Source of the DNA: an uncultured Mycoplasma sp. | Lineage (GTDB): Bacteria; Bacillota_I; Bacilli_A; RF39; UBA660 | Reading direction: 5' to 3' | DNA: 64,000 nucleotides | NCBI GenBank assembly: GCA_946554525.1 | Contig: CAMNSE010000003.1 | Span: 28,683 to 92,682 of the forward strand | Shown: piece by piece, positions 9,377 through 22,567 of the stretch | Layout of the letters: every line of letters begins with the position of its first letter | Position numbering within the stretch: the first letter of the stretch is position 1 | Position numbers and translations under genes: made by a program | Notes under the pieces: generated by a model | What the model saw: only the letters and a program-made list of their open reading frames with translations | Databases searched by the model: none | What the model was told of the DNA's origin: nothing

Positions 9377-9404
9377 GGCACTAATATTTTTAGTGTCTTT
9401 TTTT
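9377..9404 (+). terminator. rpsO terminator / pnp leader hairpin
   Basis: GGCACTAA-loop-TTAGTGTC hairpin followed by T7. It lies inside the over-long ORF-track start of pnp. Confidence 0.6.
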
Positions 9405-9431
9405 ATAAAAATTAAAGAAGGAGTTATAGAA

Positions 9432-11603
9432 ATGAAAAAAGTATTTAAATTAAACTATTTAGGTAGAGATTTAGTAGTAGAGACTGGAGAGTTAGCTAAA
9501 CAAGCTGATGGAGCAGTTTTAGTTCGCTATGGAGATACCGTAGTATTATCTGTATGTGTAATGGGTAAGGAGGTAACTGGTCAAGATTTTTTCCCTTTAC
9601 AAGTTTTATATCAAGAAAAATTATATTCTGTAGGTAAAATTCCGGGAGGATTTATTAAAAGAGAAGCAAGACCTAGTGATGAAGCTACTCTTGCAGCAAG
9701 ACTTATAGATCGTCCAATTCGTCCAATGTTTGATGAAAACTTAAGACAAGAAATTCAAGTTGTAAATACTGTATTATCAGTTGATCCTGATAATTCACCA
9801 GTAATGGCTGCTTTATTTGGTACAAGTCTTTGTCTTGGAATTTCAAAAATTCCATTTGATGGACCAGTTGCTGGAGTTGTGGTAGGTAAAATTGGTAAAG
9901 AACTTATTATTAATCCAACAACAGAACAAATGGAAGAGTCAAGCCTAAATTTAACAGTTGCAGGAACAAAAGATGCTATTTGTATGGTAGAAGCTGGAGC
10001 CGCGGAATTAAGTGAAAAAGAAATGTTAGAAGCTTTAATGTTTGGTCATGAAAATATAGAGCCTTTAGTCGATTTCCAAAATAAAATTATTAAGGAAATA
10101 GGTGAAGAAAAAGTTGAACTTCCAAAAGCAGAGCTTGATCCTGAAATTAAAAATGATGTTTATGAATTTGCAACTAAGGATATGCTTGAGGCTTTAAAAG
10201 TAGATGGAAAACTTGCTAAAGCTAAAGCTGTTGAAGAAGTAAAGACGAGAATTATCGAAAATTTTGCAGAAGTATATAGTGAAGATGAAGACGCTGAAGA
10301 TAAAATGGCACAAGTTGAAAAACTTGCTCATATGTTAGAAGCAGAATTAGTTAGAAAGTTAATTACTGAAAAACATATTCGTCCAGATGGAAGAAAAATA
10401 GATGAAATAAGACCGCTTTCTTGTAGTGTTGATTTACTACCACGTACGCATGGTTCAGCATTATTTACAAGAGGTGAAACACAATCTCTTGCAACTACTA
10501 CACTAGGAGCTATTGGAGAACATCAAGTTCTTGATGGTTTAGGTCTTGAAGATTCAAAACGTTTTATGTTACATTATAACTTCCCAGCTTTCTCTGTTGG
10601 AGAAACAGGAAGATATGGAGCTCCAGGACGCCGTGAAATAGGACATGGTGCCTTAGGTGAACGAGCTCTTCTTCAAGTAATACCTAGTGAAGAAGAATTT
10701 CCATATACAATTCGTGTCGTAAGTGAAATACTAGAAAGTAATGGTTCAAGTAGTCAAGCAACTATTTGTGCAGGATGCTTAAGCTTAATGGCTGCAGGTG
10801 TTCCAATAAAAGCTCCAGTTGCTGGTATAGCAATGGGTCTTATTGAATCACAAGACAAAAAGAAACACACAATTTTAACTGATATTCAAGGGTTAGAAGA
10901 TCATATGGGAGATATGGACTTCAAAGTAGCAGGTACTAAAAAAGGTATATGCGCTCTTCAAATGGATATTAAAATTAAAGGTGTTACAGAAAAAATCTTA
11001 AAAGAAGCTTTAGCTCAAGCTAAAAAAGCAAGAATGCAAATTTTAGATGTAATGGAAGATTGCATTCCAGAGCCTCGTAAGAATTTAAGCAAATATGCTC
11101 CTAAGATGGATACATTTAATATTAATCCAGATAAGATTAAAGATGTTATTGGTCGTGGTGGAGAAATGATTACTAAGATTATTTTAGAATCTAGTAATGT
11201 TAAGACCGTTAATGATAAAGATGCTGTTAAAGTAGATATTGAAGATGATGGAAGAGTAATAATTTATCATATGGATGCGTCTGTTATTCAAAAAACTCGC
11301 AAAATGATTGAAGAAATTGTTCGTGAAGTTGAGGATGATGTTGTTTATTCTGCAAAAGTTGTAAAAGTAGAAGACTTTGGTTGCTTTGTAGAATTATGGC
11401 CTGGATGTGAAGGGTTGGTTCATGTATCAGAACTTGATTATAAACGTGTTGAAAAGCCAAAAGATATCGTAAGTGTAGGAGATAAAATCAATGTTAAATC
11501 TCTAGGATATGATAATCGTGGTAGACTAAATTTATCTAGAAAACTTACTTTACCAAAACCAGAATTTAAAGACAAAAAAGATAAAAAAGAAAAGAAAAAA
11601 TAA
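9432..11603 (+). CDS. pnp: Polyribonucleotide nucleotidyltransferase (PNPase)
   Basis: Two RNase PH domains, then KH (IGRGGEMI) and S1 ([16 protein letters not shown]) domains. Downstream of rpsO. Confidence 0.95.
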   Translation: MKKVFKLNYLGRDLVVETGELAKQADGAVLVRYGDTVVLSVCVMGKEVTGQDFFPLQVLYQEKLYSVGKIPGGFIKREARPSDEATLAARLIDRPIRPMFDENLRQEIQVVNTVLSVDPDNSPVMAALFGTSLCLGISKIPFDGPVAGVVVGKIGKELIINPTTEQMEESSLNLTVAGTKDAICMVEAGAAELSEKEMLEALMFGHENIEPLVDFQNKIIKEIGEEKVELPKAELDPEIKNDVYEFATKDMLEALKVDGKLAKAKAVEEVKTRIIENFAEVYSEDEDAEDKMAQVEKLAHMLEAELVRKLITEKHIRPDGRKIDEIRPLSCSVDLLPRTHGSALFTRGETQSLATTTLGAIGEHQVLDGLGLEDSKRFMLHYNFPAFSVGETGRYGAPGRREIGHGALGERALLQVIPSEEEFPYTIRVVSEILESNGSSSQATICAGCLSLMAAGVPIKAPVAGIAMGLIESQDKKKHTILTDIQGLEDHMGDMDFKVAGTKKGICALQMDIKIKGVTEKILKEALAQAKKARMQILDVMEDCIPEPRKNLSKYAPKMDTFNINPDKIKDVIGRGGEMITKIILESSNVKTVNDKDAVKVDIEDDGRVIIYHMDASVIQKTRKMIEEIVREVEDDVVYSAKVVKVEDFGCFVELWPGCEGLVHVSELDYKRVEKPKDIVSVGDKINVKSLGYDNRGRLNLSRKLTLPKPEFKDKKDKKEKKK

Positions 11604-11645
11604 AAAGAATCTGTGACTAAACAGTCATAGATTCTTTTATTTTTA
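11603..11645. terminator. Bidirectional terminator between convergent pnp and XRE genes
   Basis: 16-bp stem AAAAGAATCTGTGACT/AGTCATAGATTCTTTT (one G:T) flanked by A- and T-runs. Confidence 0.75.
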
Positions 11646-12075
11646 TTTTCTCATCTATTCTTCCTACTAAATAATCACAAGATATGTTAAATGTAGCGGA
11701 ATATTCTTTTAAGAAGGTAGTTAGTATTAAAGTTTCGCCATGTTCATATCTAGATATTACTCCATTGTCGGTATTTAATTTCTTAGCTAGCTTATCTTGA
11801 GTATATTTTCTTTCTTTACGAATCTCTTTTAATCTTTCTCCACATAATTTTTGATTAAATTTTGTTTTTATATTAGGATAATCCTTTGTATCAGTTAACT
11901 CTAAAACATAATCGATTGATACAGAAAACATATTGCAAAACTCTATTAATCTTTTTAAAGGTATAGTATTTATTTCACTTTCCCATATAGCATAGGTAGA
12001 ACGTGATACATGCAACTTTTTGCTTATTTCTAATTGAGATAAGTCATTCTCTAATCTAACTTTTTTTAAATTCAT
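11617..12075 (-). CDS. XRE-family transcriptional regulator with two HTH domains
   Basis: Two copies of the HTH_XRE pattern (LSQLEISKKLHVSRSTYAIWE; YTQDKLAKKLNTDNGVISRYEHG). Start placed at the internal Met (MNLKKVRL). Confidence 0.8.
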   Translation of the reverse strand: MNLKKVRLENDLSQLEISKKLHVSRSTYAIWESEINTIPLKRLIEFCNMFSVSIDYVLELTDTKDYPNIKTKFNQKLCGERLKEIRKERKYTQDKLAKKLNTDNGVISRYEHGETLILTTFLKEYSATFNISCDYLVGRIDEKIKIKESMTV

Positions 12076-12305
12076 ATTAATCACATTCCAATCATTACTT
12101 TGATTGTCACATAATTTTAATAAAATCAAAATTATGTGTTGCAAAATAACATAAAAATGTTGAAATGAATTTCATATTGTTGTATACTTTAGATATAGAA
12201 TCAAAGACTAGCATAGAAAATATATGATAGGTTTTGATATCATTTGTCGAAACTAATGAAAAATATTAGTGGATATGATATAAAGAAATAAAGGATAGGG
12301 ATTGT

Positions 12306-13538
12306 ATGGAATTCGAAACAATAAAGAAAGATAATCGTAAGAAATTGGTAGTAGTAGTTATAGCAATACTTGCTATAGCATCAGTAGTGTTCTTTGTATC
12401 AACAAGAGCCAATTATAAAGCTGAACACAGATTAAACTTAATAAATAAAACTGTTAATTATAGTATAAGTGATTTAAATGTAGTAGCAATAAAGGTACAA
12501 AACTCAAGTGGTGGATATGATACTAGAAATACAGTGCCAACAAGTGGATACACACTAAGTAGTGAATCATATTGTGAAGTAAATGGAAATAGAGATACAA
12601 GTATACAATTAGAATATAAAGATGGTAAAGTAACAATTGGAGTATCTACTAAAGGAACTAAGTGTTATCTATTCTTTGATGCTCAAAAGACCGCATCACA
12701 AACATTACTAGCCAAAAATGAAATGGTAAATGAAAATGGATATAGATATGAAGGAGCTAATCCAAACAACTATATAACATTTAATAATGAATTATGGAGA
12801 ATAATCGGAGTATTTGAAGTAGAGACAACAGCGGGAACAAGAGAACAACTAGTAAAACTAATAAGAAATGAGTCTATAGGAAATATTAGATGGGATACAT
12901 ATGGAAGACTTGGTTCAAATGATTGGACCCAATCAGATCTAAAAACAATATTAAATGGACAATACTATAATGGAGTAGATATAAATTATACATATAGAAA
13001 TCCAAGTAATCCTTATGCAAGTTCTAATCCAACAGTATCTATAACAGGAAAAAACATTAATGATACAGCAAGAAACATGATAGAGAATGTAAAATGGAAT
13101 ATAGGTGGGGCATCAACATATGGCCTAACTGCATCGGCATTTTATACTGTAGAGCGAGGAACAACTGTATATAGTGGAAGACCAACAATATGGAATGGAT
13201 ATATAGGATTAATGTATCCAAGTGACTATGGATATGCAGTAGATAGTGCAAGTTGTGTAAGAACAACAACTTTAAATAATTATTATGATTCAAGTACATG
13301 TAAAACAAACAATTGGTTATTTAATAGTGGGGACCAATGGACCATAACTCCTCATTCTCCGCACAGCGACAACGTCTTTAGTGCGAACTACAGCGGCGGC
13401 GGCGGCTACGTTAGCCACAACTACGCGTTTTATGAGTATGGCGTGCGTCCATCTATATATCTAAAATCTAATGTATCTATAGTAGATAATGGAAAAGATG
13501 GTTCACAATCTAAACCATATGATTTAGTATTAAATTAA
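12306..13538 (+). CDS. N-terminally anchored secreted protein with a C-terminal DUF1566/DUF6273-like domain (W..TP....GVRP motif); paralogue of 50233..51891
   Basis: N-terminal TM helix. About 250 C-terminal aa align by eye to the 50233 CDS (NNELWRIIGVF, VKWNIGG, WNGYIGLMY.SDYGYA, GVRP..YLKSNVSI). Confidence 0.7.
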   Translation: MEFETIKKDNRKKLVVVVIAILAIASVVFFVSTRANYKAEHRLNLINKTVNYSISDLNVVAIKVQNSSGGYDTRNTVPTSGYTLSSESYCEVNGNRDTSIQLEYKDGKVTIGVSTKGTKCYLFFDAQKTASQTLLAKNEMVNENGYRYEGANPNNYITFNNELWRIIGVFEVETTAGTREQLVKLIRNESIGNIRWDTYGRLGSNDWTQSDLKTILNGQYYNGVDINYTYRNPSNPYASSNPTVSITGKNINDTARNMIENVKWNIGGASTYGLTASAFYTVERGTTVYSGRPTIWNGYIGLMYPSDYGYAVDSASCVRTTTLNNYYDSSTCKTNNWLFNSGDQWTITPHSPHSDNVFSANYSGGGGYVSHNYAFYEYGVRPSIYLKSNVSIVDNGKDGSQSKPYDLVLN

Positions 13539-13607
13539 GTATTAATTTCTGCCTATATAGCTTTTCTATTATATTATATATGGGCAGAAATGTTTCAAAT
13601 TTCATAT

Positions 13608-13632
13608 GAGAGAATTTTTTCTCTCTTTTTTG
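13608..13632 (+). terminator. Rho-independent terminator
   Basis: GAGAGAA-TTTT-TTCTCTC followed by T-run. Confidence 0.7.
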
Positions 13633-13701
13633 TTATGTAACTTTTGTAAAGTTACTTTTGTTAACATTATTTATTTGGTATAATTAATATAGGTGGTATA
13701 A

Positions 13702-15783
13702 ATGTTAAGTAAGTTAAATGATAGACAAAGAGAAGCAGCTATGCATAAAGATGGTCCTTGCCTAGTAATAGCTGGGGCGGGTTCTGGTAAAACAAAAGTG
13801 CTTACTACTAGAATAGCTTGTCTTCTAAATGATGGAGTAAGTGACTACAACATTCTTGCTATTACATTTACTAATAAAGCAGCTAAAGAAATGAGAGAAA
13901 GATTAAATTTACTTGTTCCTGATAATCATGTTTTTGTAGGAACATTCCATTCTTTTGGATTGAAACTTTTAAGAGAAAATATTAGCTTACTTGGAATGGA
14001 TAAAAACTTTTCTATTTTAGATGCTGATGATGTATTGAGCTTAATAAAAAGAATTATGAAAGATCTTAATATTGATCCGAAAGAAATAAGTCCTTATTTT
14101 GTTAGAAGTAAAATTAGTTTTATTAAAAACGAATTATTAACTGATAGTGATTTAGATCGTTATTTTAATACTCCTCAGGAAAAAAGAGTTATAGAGATTT
14201 ACCATGAATATAAAAGTATTTTAAAGAAAAATAATTCTGTTGACTTTGATGATTTATTATCTCTTCCTGTGCATCTTTTAAAAGAACATGCAGAAGTATT
14301 AGAAAAGTATCAAGAGCATTTTAAATACATCTTAATTGATGAGTATCAAGATACCAATGAAGTACAATATAAACTTAGTCGGATGCTTGCTAGTAAATAT
14401 AAGAATTTATTTGTCGTGGGGGATGCAAACCAGTCAATTTATGCATTTAGAGGAGCAAATTTTAGAAATATTTTAGACTTTGAGAGTGATTATCCTGATG
14501 CTAAAGTAGTAGTCTTAGATCAAAATTACCGAAGTACTAAAAATATTTTAGACGCGGCTAATTCAGTAATTAAAAATAATAAAGAAAGAAAAGATATGGA
14601 ACTATATAGTACTCTTGGAGATGGAGTAAAAGTAAAATATATGCGTTCTTATGATGAGAAACATGAGATAACTTTAATTGTTGATGAAATAAAAAGATTA
14701 CTACTTGATGGTTATCATTATGAAGATATCGCCGTGTTTTATAGAACTAATGCACAATCACGTATAGTTGAAGAAGTAATATTAAAAGCTAATATGCCTT
14801 ATAAAGTAGTGGGGGCTTATTACTTCTATAATAGAAAAGAAATTAAAGATTTATTATGTTATTTAAGGCTTATTAATAATCCGAATGATGATATAAGTCT
14901 AAGAAGAGTAATTAACACTCCAAAAAGAAAAATTGGAGCTAAATCTATAGAGGAGTTAGATAAAGAAGCTAAGCTTGAGGGTATCTCCATGTTTGATGCT
15001 ATAAATTCTGGAAAAGAGCAAGAATTTAAAAACTTAATAATTGAATTACAAAACGACTTACTTAATTTATCTTTAACAGAATTTATTGATGTAGTCTTAG
15101 ATAAAAGTGGTTTAAAAAAAGAACTAGAAAGCGAAAAGACTTTAGAAGCCGATTTAAGATTAGAGAACTTAATGGAATTTAAAAGTATTACCGCTTCTTT
15201 TGAAGCTAGAACTGGTTCAGTTAACTTAAATGATTTTTTAGAAGAGATAAGTTTAATTGCGGATATATCTGAACATGAGAGTGATAGTGATGCTATAACT
15301 CTAATGACACTTCATAGTGCTAAAGGACTTGAATTCCCTGTCGTGTTTATTATTGGTATGGAAGAAGGAATTTTTCCCCACTCTAATGCTTTTTTAGAAG
15401 GGGATGGAGGTATCGAAGAAGAAAGACGTCTTTGCTATGTAGGATTTACTAGAGCTAAAGAAAGATTATATTTAACTAATGCTAAGAAAAGAATGCTATA
15501 TGGTAAAACAAATCAAAATCCACCTTCAAGATTTTTAGATGAAATTACTAAAGACGTAATGGAGGTTAGTAACTTTAGCATAAAAGAAGAAAAGGTAATT
15601 AATAAAAGTGAAATTTATAATGAGGAGGATACAGATTATAAAAATGGAGATGTTGTAATGCATCTAACTTATGGTAGAGGTGTAGTAATTGATACTGATG
15701 AGAAATTTGTAAGTGTAGCTTTTGCTAGAAACTTTGGCGTAAGAAAATTTTTGAAAAACTATAAAGGTTTAAGGAAAATGTAA
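13702..15783 (+). CDS. pcrA: ATP-dependent DNA helicase PcrA (UvrD family)
   Basis: AGAGSGKT Walker A, DEYQDTN, VGDANQSIYAFRGA, QNYRST, LMTLHSAKGLEFP, YVGFTRAK. Sits upstream of ligA as in Bacillus. Confidence 0.95.
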   Translation: MLSKLNDRQREAAMHKDGPCLVIAGAGSGKTKVLTTRIACLLNDGVSDYNILAITFTNKAAKEMRERLNLLVPDNHVFVGTFHSFGLKLLRENISLLGMDKNFSILDADDVLSLIKRIMKDLNIDPKEISPYFVRSKISFIKNELLTDSDLDRYFNTPQEKRVIEIYHEYKSILKKNNSVDFDDLLSLPVHLLKEHAEVLEKYQEHFKYILIDEYQDTNEVQYKLSRMLASKYKNLFVVGDANQSIYAFRGANFRNILDFESDYPDAKVVVLDQNYRSTKNILDAANSVIKNNKERKDMELYSTLGDGVKVKYMRSYDEKHEITLIVDEIKRLLLDGYHYEDIAVFYRTNAQSRIVEEVILKANMPYKVVGAYYFYNRKEIKDLLCYLRLINNPNDDISLRRVINTPKRKIGAKSIEELDKEAKLEGISMFDAINSGKEQEFKNLIIELQNDLLNLSLTEFIDVVLDKSGLKKELESEKTLEADLRLENLMEFKSITASFEARTGSVNLNDFLEEISLIADISEHESDSDAITLMTLHSAKGLEFPVVFIIGMEEGIFPHSNAFLEGDGGIEEERRLCYVGFTRAKERLYLTNAKKRMLYGKTNQNPPSRFLDEITKDVMEVSNFSIKEEKVINKSEIYNEEDTDYKNGDVVMHLTYGRGVVIDTDEKFVSVAFARNFGVRKFLKNYKGLRKM

Positions 15784-15784
15784 A

Positions 15785-16897
15785 ATGGAAATAAATTATA
15801 AATTTATTAATTCTTTTGCTAAAAATATTTGCGATAGCAAAGAACTAATTATGTTTAGAAAGTCTTTAGAACCTTTTTGTAACTACATGATATCTTTATT
15901 TTATAGTGCGGGATATAGTCCTTTAATAGATCGTGTGCCAGTAGCCAATATTGATATAATTATTAAAGATTTCTTTAGTTTTTATAGTCCTGAAATTTAT
16001 GAAAATATTTTAAATATAAAGTCATTTGATAGAGATAGCCTTATTTATATTTCTAAAAGTGGTGAACAAGAGAATCTAGATTTTTTGATTAAGAGATTAA
16101 AAAAACTTAGAGAGGCTGGAAAGATAAGCAAGAAAGCATATCATGATTTAGAAAATTATCATAGAGCAGAATTTGAAGCTAAAACAGAAGAATCGGGACT
16201 TACACCTGATGGTAAAGTAAAAATAGTTATGACTGGTACAACAGAAGATATATTTATACGTATTCATGAAATGATGCATAAAGTTTTCTGGCAAAGTGTA
16301 AATGCTAGTGATAGAAAAATCGCACATGAATATTTAATAGAAGTAAATTCTCTTATATTAGAGTTATTATTACATGACTATTTAATACAAAATGATGTTC
16401 ATGCTCTGGATGCCGATCGTTATAAAACCAATCGCTTTACAAGCACTTTAGAAATGGCTTATTTATTTAAATTTGAAAGTTTATTATTAGAAATATTAGA
16501 AAATGAAGGAGAAATTACTTCTTTAAATATTGATCAATATATTTCACGGTGTGGTAATGAAGAAAGACAAGAATTTAGAGAGTATAAATTTACTTTTCTT
16601 CAAATAATTGAAAAAAGTGGTTTTCAAATAATTATGCCTGGTCGTTATATTTTTGGCCTTTTTGCAGCATGTTATATAAAAAAGAAAATAGATGATAATA
16701 AAAAAAATATTAATTTATTATATTTAATTGGTAAAAATATATATGAGTGTGATGTAGAAGAGGCTTTAAAAAAATGTGGGTTAGACTTTTTTACTATTGC
16801 TGGTGGGAAAATAGAATATAATATTGAAAAATTAAATGAAATAGGTGACGCTTTAACATCTGAACTTGTTAGTTTGCAAGAAAGAGTGCGTAAGTAA
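15785..16897 (+). CDS. Hypothetical protein with HEXXH motif (possible zinc metallopeptidase)
   Basis: 370-aa ORF starting 1 nt after the pcrA stop. Contains IHEMMHKVF. Confidence 0.45.
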   Translation: MEINYKFINSFAKNICDSKELIMFRKSLEPFCNYMISLFYSAGYSPLIDRVPVANIDIIIKDFFSFYSPEIYENILNIKSFDRDSLIYISKSGEQENLDFLIKRLKKLREAGKISKKAYHDLENYHRAEFEAKTEESGLTPDGKVKIVMTGTTEDIFIRIHEMMHKVFWQSVNASDRKIAHEYLIEVNSLILELLLHDYLIQNDVHALDADRYKTNRFTSTLEMAYLFKFESLLLEILENEGEITSLNIDQYISRCGNEERQEFREYKFTFLQIIEKSGFQIIMPGRYIFGLFAACYIKKKIDDNKKNINLLYLIGKNIYECDVEEALKKCGLDFFTIAGGKIEYNIEKLNEIGDALTSELVSLQERVRK

Positions 16898-16968
16898 GTT
16901 TTAAGGTAGTTCTACTTCAAAAAAATATTAAAACATGTTATAATAAGTATATAAGAAATGGAGGATTT

Positions 16969-19867
<2,899 letters not shown>

Positions 19868-20034
19868 TATTTAAGATAAGATATCTTTTAAGCAAAGAAG
19901 AGCCAAAAATACAAAGATAATGTAGATAGTTTAGCTATTTACATTTTTATTTGTAAAAAAATGTAAAATAATTATAAATTGCCTGAATAAACTATTATAT
20001 GATATAATAGTTAAGATAAATATGAGGTGAAATT

Positions 20035-20529
20035 ATGAAAAAGATAAAAAAGATGTGGCAAGAGAATAGTATTTTATTTGTTTTGCTTTCAATCTTAATT
20101 GTATGTGTTATTGCAATCTTAATTGTAGTGGTGACTTATTTCGTTGGAAATTCTAAATCAAAATATGGAGATAGATTAGATGGAATTGATAAATATCCTT
20201 TTGTAGAGGAGACACAAAATGAAATTGTTTCTAAAATGAAAGAAGATGAAAAAATTCTTGATGTTACATTTAGAAAAAGTGGTAAAACAATTTATGTTAC
20301 AATTTTATTTGATCCCTCTGTTACTTTAGTTCAAGCTCAAAGTAAATCTTTAGAATCTCTTGATTATTATAGTGAAGAGACTCTTGGTTATTATGATATA
20401 CAATTTTTAGTTCAAGCAGAGGCTACCGACAAGTCCGATGGTTATAAAATTATGGGTTCTCATAATGTAAGTGGAACCGGTGGTATTGTTTGGAACAATA
20501 ATACAAAGTTTGAAACAGATAAAGAGTAG
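20035..20529 (+). CDS. Hypothetical membrane-anchored protein
   Basis: N-terminal TM helix; RBS GAGGTG. Confidence 0.55.
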   Translation: MKKIKKMWQENSILFVLLSILIVCVIAILIVVVTYFVGNSKSKYGDRLDGIDKYPFVEETQNEIVSKMKEDEKILDVTFRKSGKTIYVTILFDPSVTLVQAQSKSLESLDYYSEETLGYYDIQFLVQAEATDKSDGYKIMGSHNVSGTGGIVWNNNTKFETDKE

Positions 20530-20539
20530 GTAAAAATTT

Positions 20540-22567
20540 ATGAAAAATAAAAAAAGCAAATGGATTGCCATCATTATTATTTTGGCGGTAGCTATAATAA
20601 GCTTTATTACTTATCAAATACTTCATGATGGTAATAAACTAAGTTCTAGCGAAAGAAAATGGATAAATACTCATATTAATGATATTCAAAATATTAGTGT
20701 TGTAAATGATGTTAATATTTTTGGTAATACGGGTACAGGCGTTTATTATGAGTTTATTCATGACTTGGAAAAAGAATATAAATTACAAATTAATCCTGTA
20801 ACATTTAATAATGGCGAGACTACTTCTGGATTAACGCTTGGAGTTAAAACATCTCTTGGGAAAAATGATACAATTTTTTATACGGATCATTATGTTTTAG
20901 TAAGTAAAAATACTGAAGTAATAACAAGCTATGAAGCATATCAAGGTAAAAAAATAGGGGTTATAAATAGTGAAATTTCATATATTAGTTCTTATTTGAA
21001 AAATGTTAGTAATTTAACTTTATCAGGCTATGAGAATAAAGAAGCTTTATTAAATGCTTTTAGTGAAGGTATAGAAATAGATTATATAATTGTACCATTT
21101 ACTATATATTTAGATGAAATATTAAAAAGTAATTATACAATTATAAGCCATTTAGCAGATGTACATTTATATTATACGATTAGTGAAAGAGAGAATAGCA
21201 CTTTAGCAAAAATAGTAAAAAAGTTTTATAATAGTTGGAAAGCAGAAAACTTAGATGCATATTTTAAAAAATGTGAATTTGATTTGTTTACTTCAAGTTT
21301 AAATATAAGTAAAACTGAAGTTGATAGCATGAGAAGTGTTACTTATAATTATGGATTCATCGATAATAGTCCTTATGAGGTTTTAATGAGTGGTAATTAT
21401 GGTGGAATAATTGCCATGTATTTACATGATTTTAGTGAATTTAGTGGAGTAGAATTTAATTATACGAAGTATCGTAATATAGATAAATTTAAGAAAGCAA
21501 TAAATTCTAATAAAGTAGATTTATATTTTAACTATTATAATTTAAAAGATAATTTATTTACTCTTAGTAGTAGAATTCCAATTTCTTATAGTGTAGTTGT
21601 TAACAAAAAAAATGATTTAGTAGTTCATTCTTTAAATAGTCTTATTGGGAAAACTGTATATGTTGATAAAAATAGCTATTTATATTCTTATATAAGTAAT
21701 ATTAATGGTATTAATACTAAAACATATGAAACAGAAAGGGAATTAAAGAAATTAAATAAGAAAGATGTAATTATTATACTTGATAAAAATATATATAATC
21801 TTTATTCTAGTAATAATCTTTCTAATTATACTGAAAGATATAATAGTAGCTTAAAAGAAAATTATCAATTTAAATCTCGTAATAATAGTGCATTTTATCA
21901 ATTACTATCAAAATATATAATGTGCTTAGATAGTAACAAAATGATATATAATGGAATGTATAATCATAGCCTTACTGTTAAAACAGGAAGTATACTAGGT
22001 ACTATAGCTAAATATATTTTAATGACTCTTGCGGCATTCTTAATTTTATTTATTATTTTTTATAAGAGTAGTAAAAGAATAAAGATTGCTAAAAAAATTA
22101 GAAAAGAAAATAAAATGAAATTTATTGATCAACTTACTTCTTTAAAAAACAGAAATTATCTGAATGAATATATCGATAATTGGAATAATAATACTGTTTA
22201 TCCACAAACAATGATAGTAATTGACTTAAATAACTTGCAATTTATTAATGATACATTAGGTTATGAAGAAGGAGATAAACAAATTACCTCAGCTGCTAAT
22301 ATTTTAATTAAAACGCAACTTGATAATAGCGATATAATGCGTACAGATGGAAATGAATTCTTAATATATTTAGTTGGATATACTCAAAAACAAATTACTA
22401 ATTATATTCATAAACTAAATAAAGAATTTAAGAAATTACCTTATGAATATGGAGCAGAATTTGGCTATTCTATTATTAATGATGATATTAAGACTATTGA
22501 AGATGCTATATTAGAAGCTACTGATGAAATGAAAAAGCAAAAAAAGAAAAATGAAGAGGGAGAATAA
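20540..22567 (+). CDS. Membrane sensor with extracytoplasmic solute-binding-like domains and a degenerate GGDEF domain
   Basis: N-terminal TM, about 470-aa external region, second TM. C-terminal D.LT.LKNRNY...VIDLNNLQFINDTLGYEEGD...RTDGNEFLIYL. Confidence 0.7.
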   Translation: MKNKKSKWIAIIIILAVAIISFITYQILHDGNKLSSSERKWINTHINDIQNISVVNDVNIFGNTGTGVYYEFIHDLEKEYKLQINPVTFNNGETTSGLTLGVKTSLGKNDTIFYTDHYVLVSKNTEVITSYEAYQGKKIGVINSEISYISSYLKNVSNLTLSGYENKEALLNAFSEGIEIDYIIVPFTIYLDEILKSNYTIISHLADVHLYYTISERENSTLAKIVKKFYNSWKAENLDAYFKKCEFDLFTSSLNISKTEVDSMRSVTYNYGFIDNSPYEVLMSGNYGGIIAMYLHDFSEFSGVEFNYTKYRNIDKFKKAINSNKVDLYFNYYNLKDNLFTLSSRIPISYSVVVNKKNDLVVHSLNSLIGKTVYVDKNSYLYSYISNINGINTKTYETERELKKLNKKDVIIILDKNIYNLYSSNNLSNYTERYNSSLKENYQFKSRNNSAFYQLLSKYIMCLDSNKMIYNGMYNHSLTVKTGSILGTIAKYILMTLAAFLILFIIFYKSSKRIKIAKKIRKENKMKFIDQLTSLKNRNYLNEYIDNWNNNTVYPQTMIVIDLNNLQFINDTLGYEEGDKQITSAANILIKTQLDNSDIMRTDGNEFLIYLVGYTQKQITNYIHKLNKEFKKLPYEYGAEFGYSIINDDIKTIEDAILEATDEMKKQKKKNEEGE

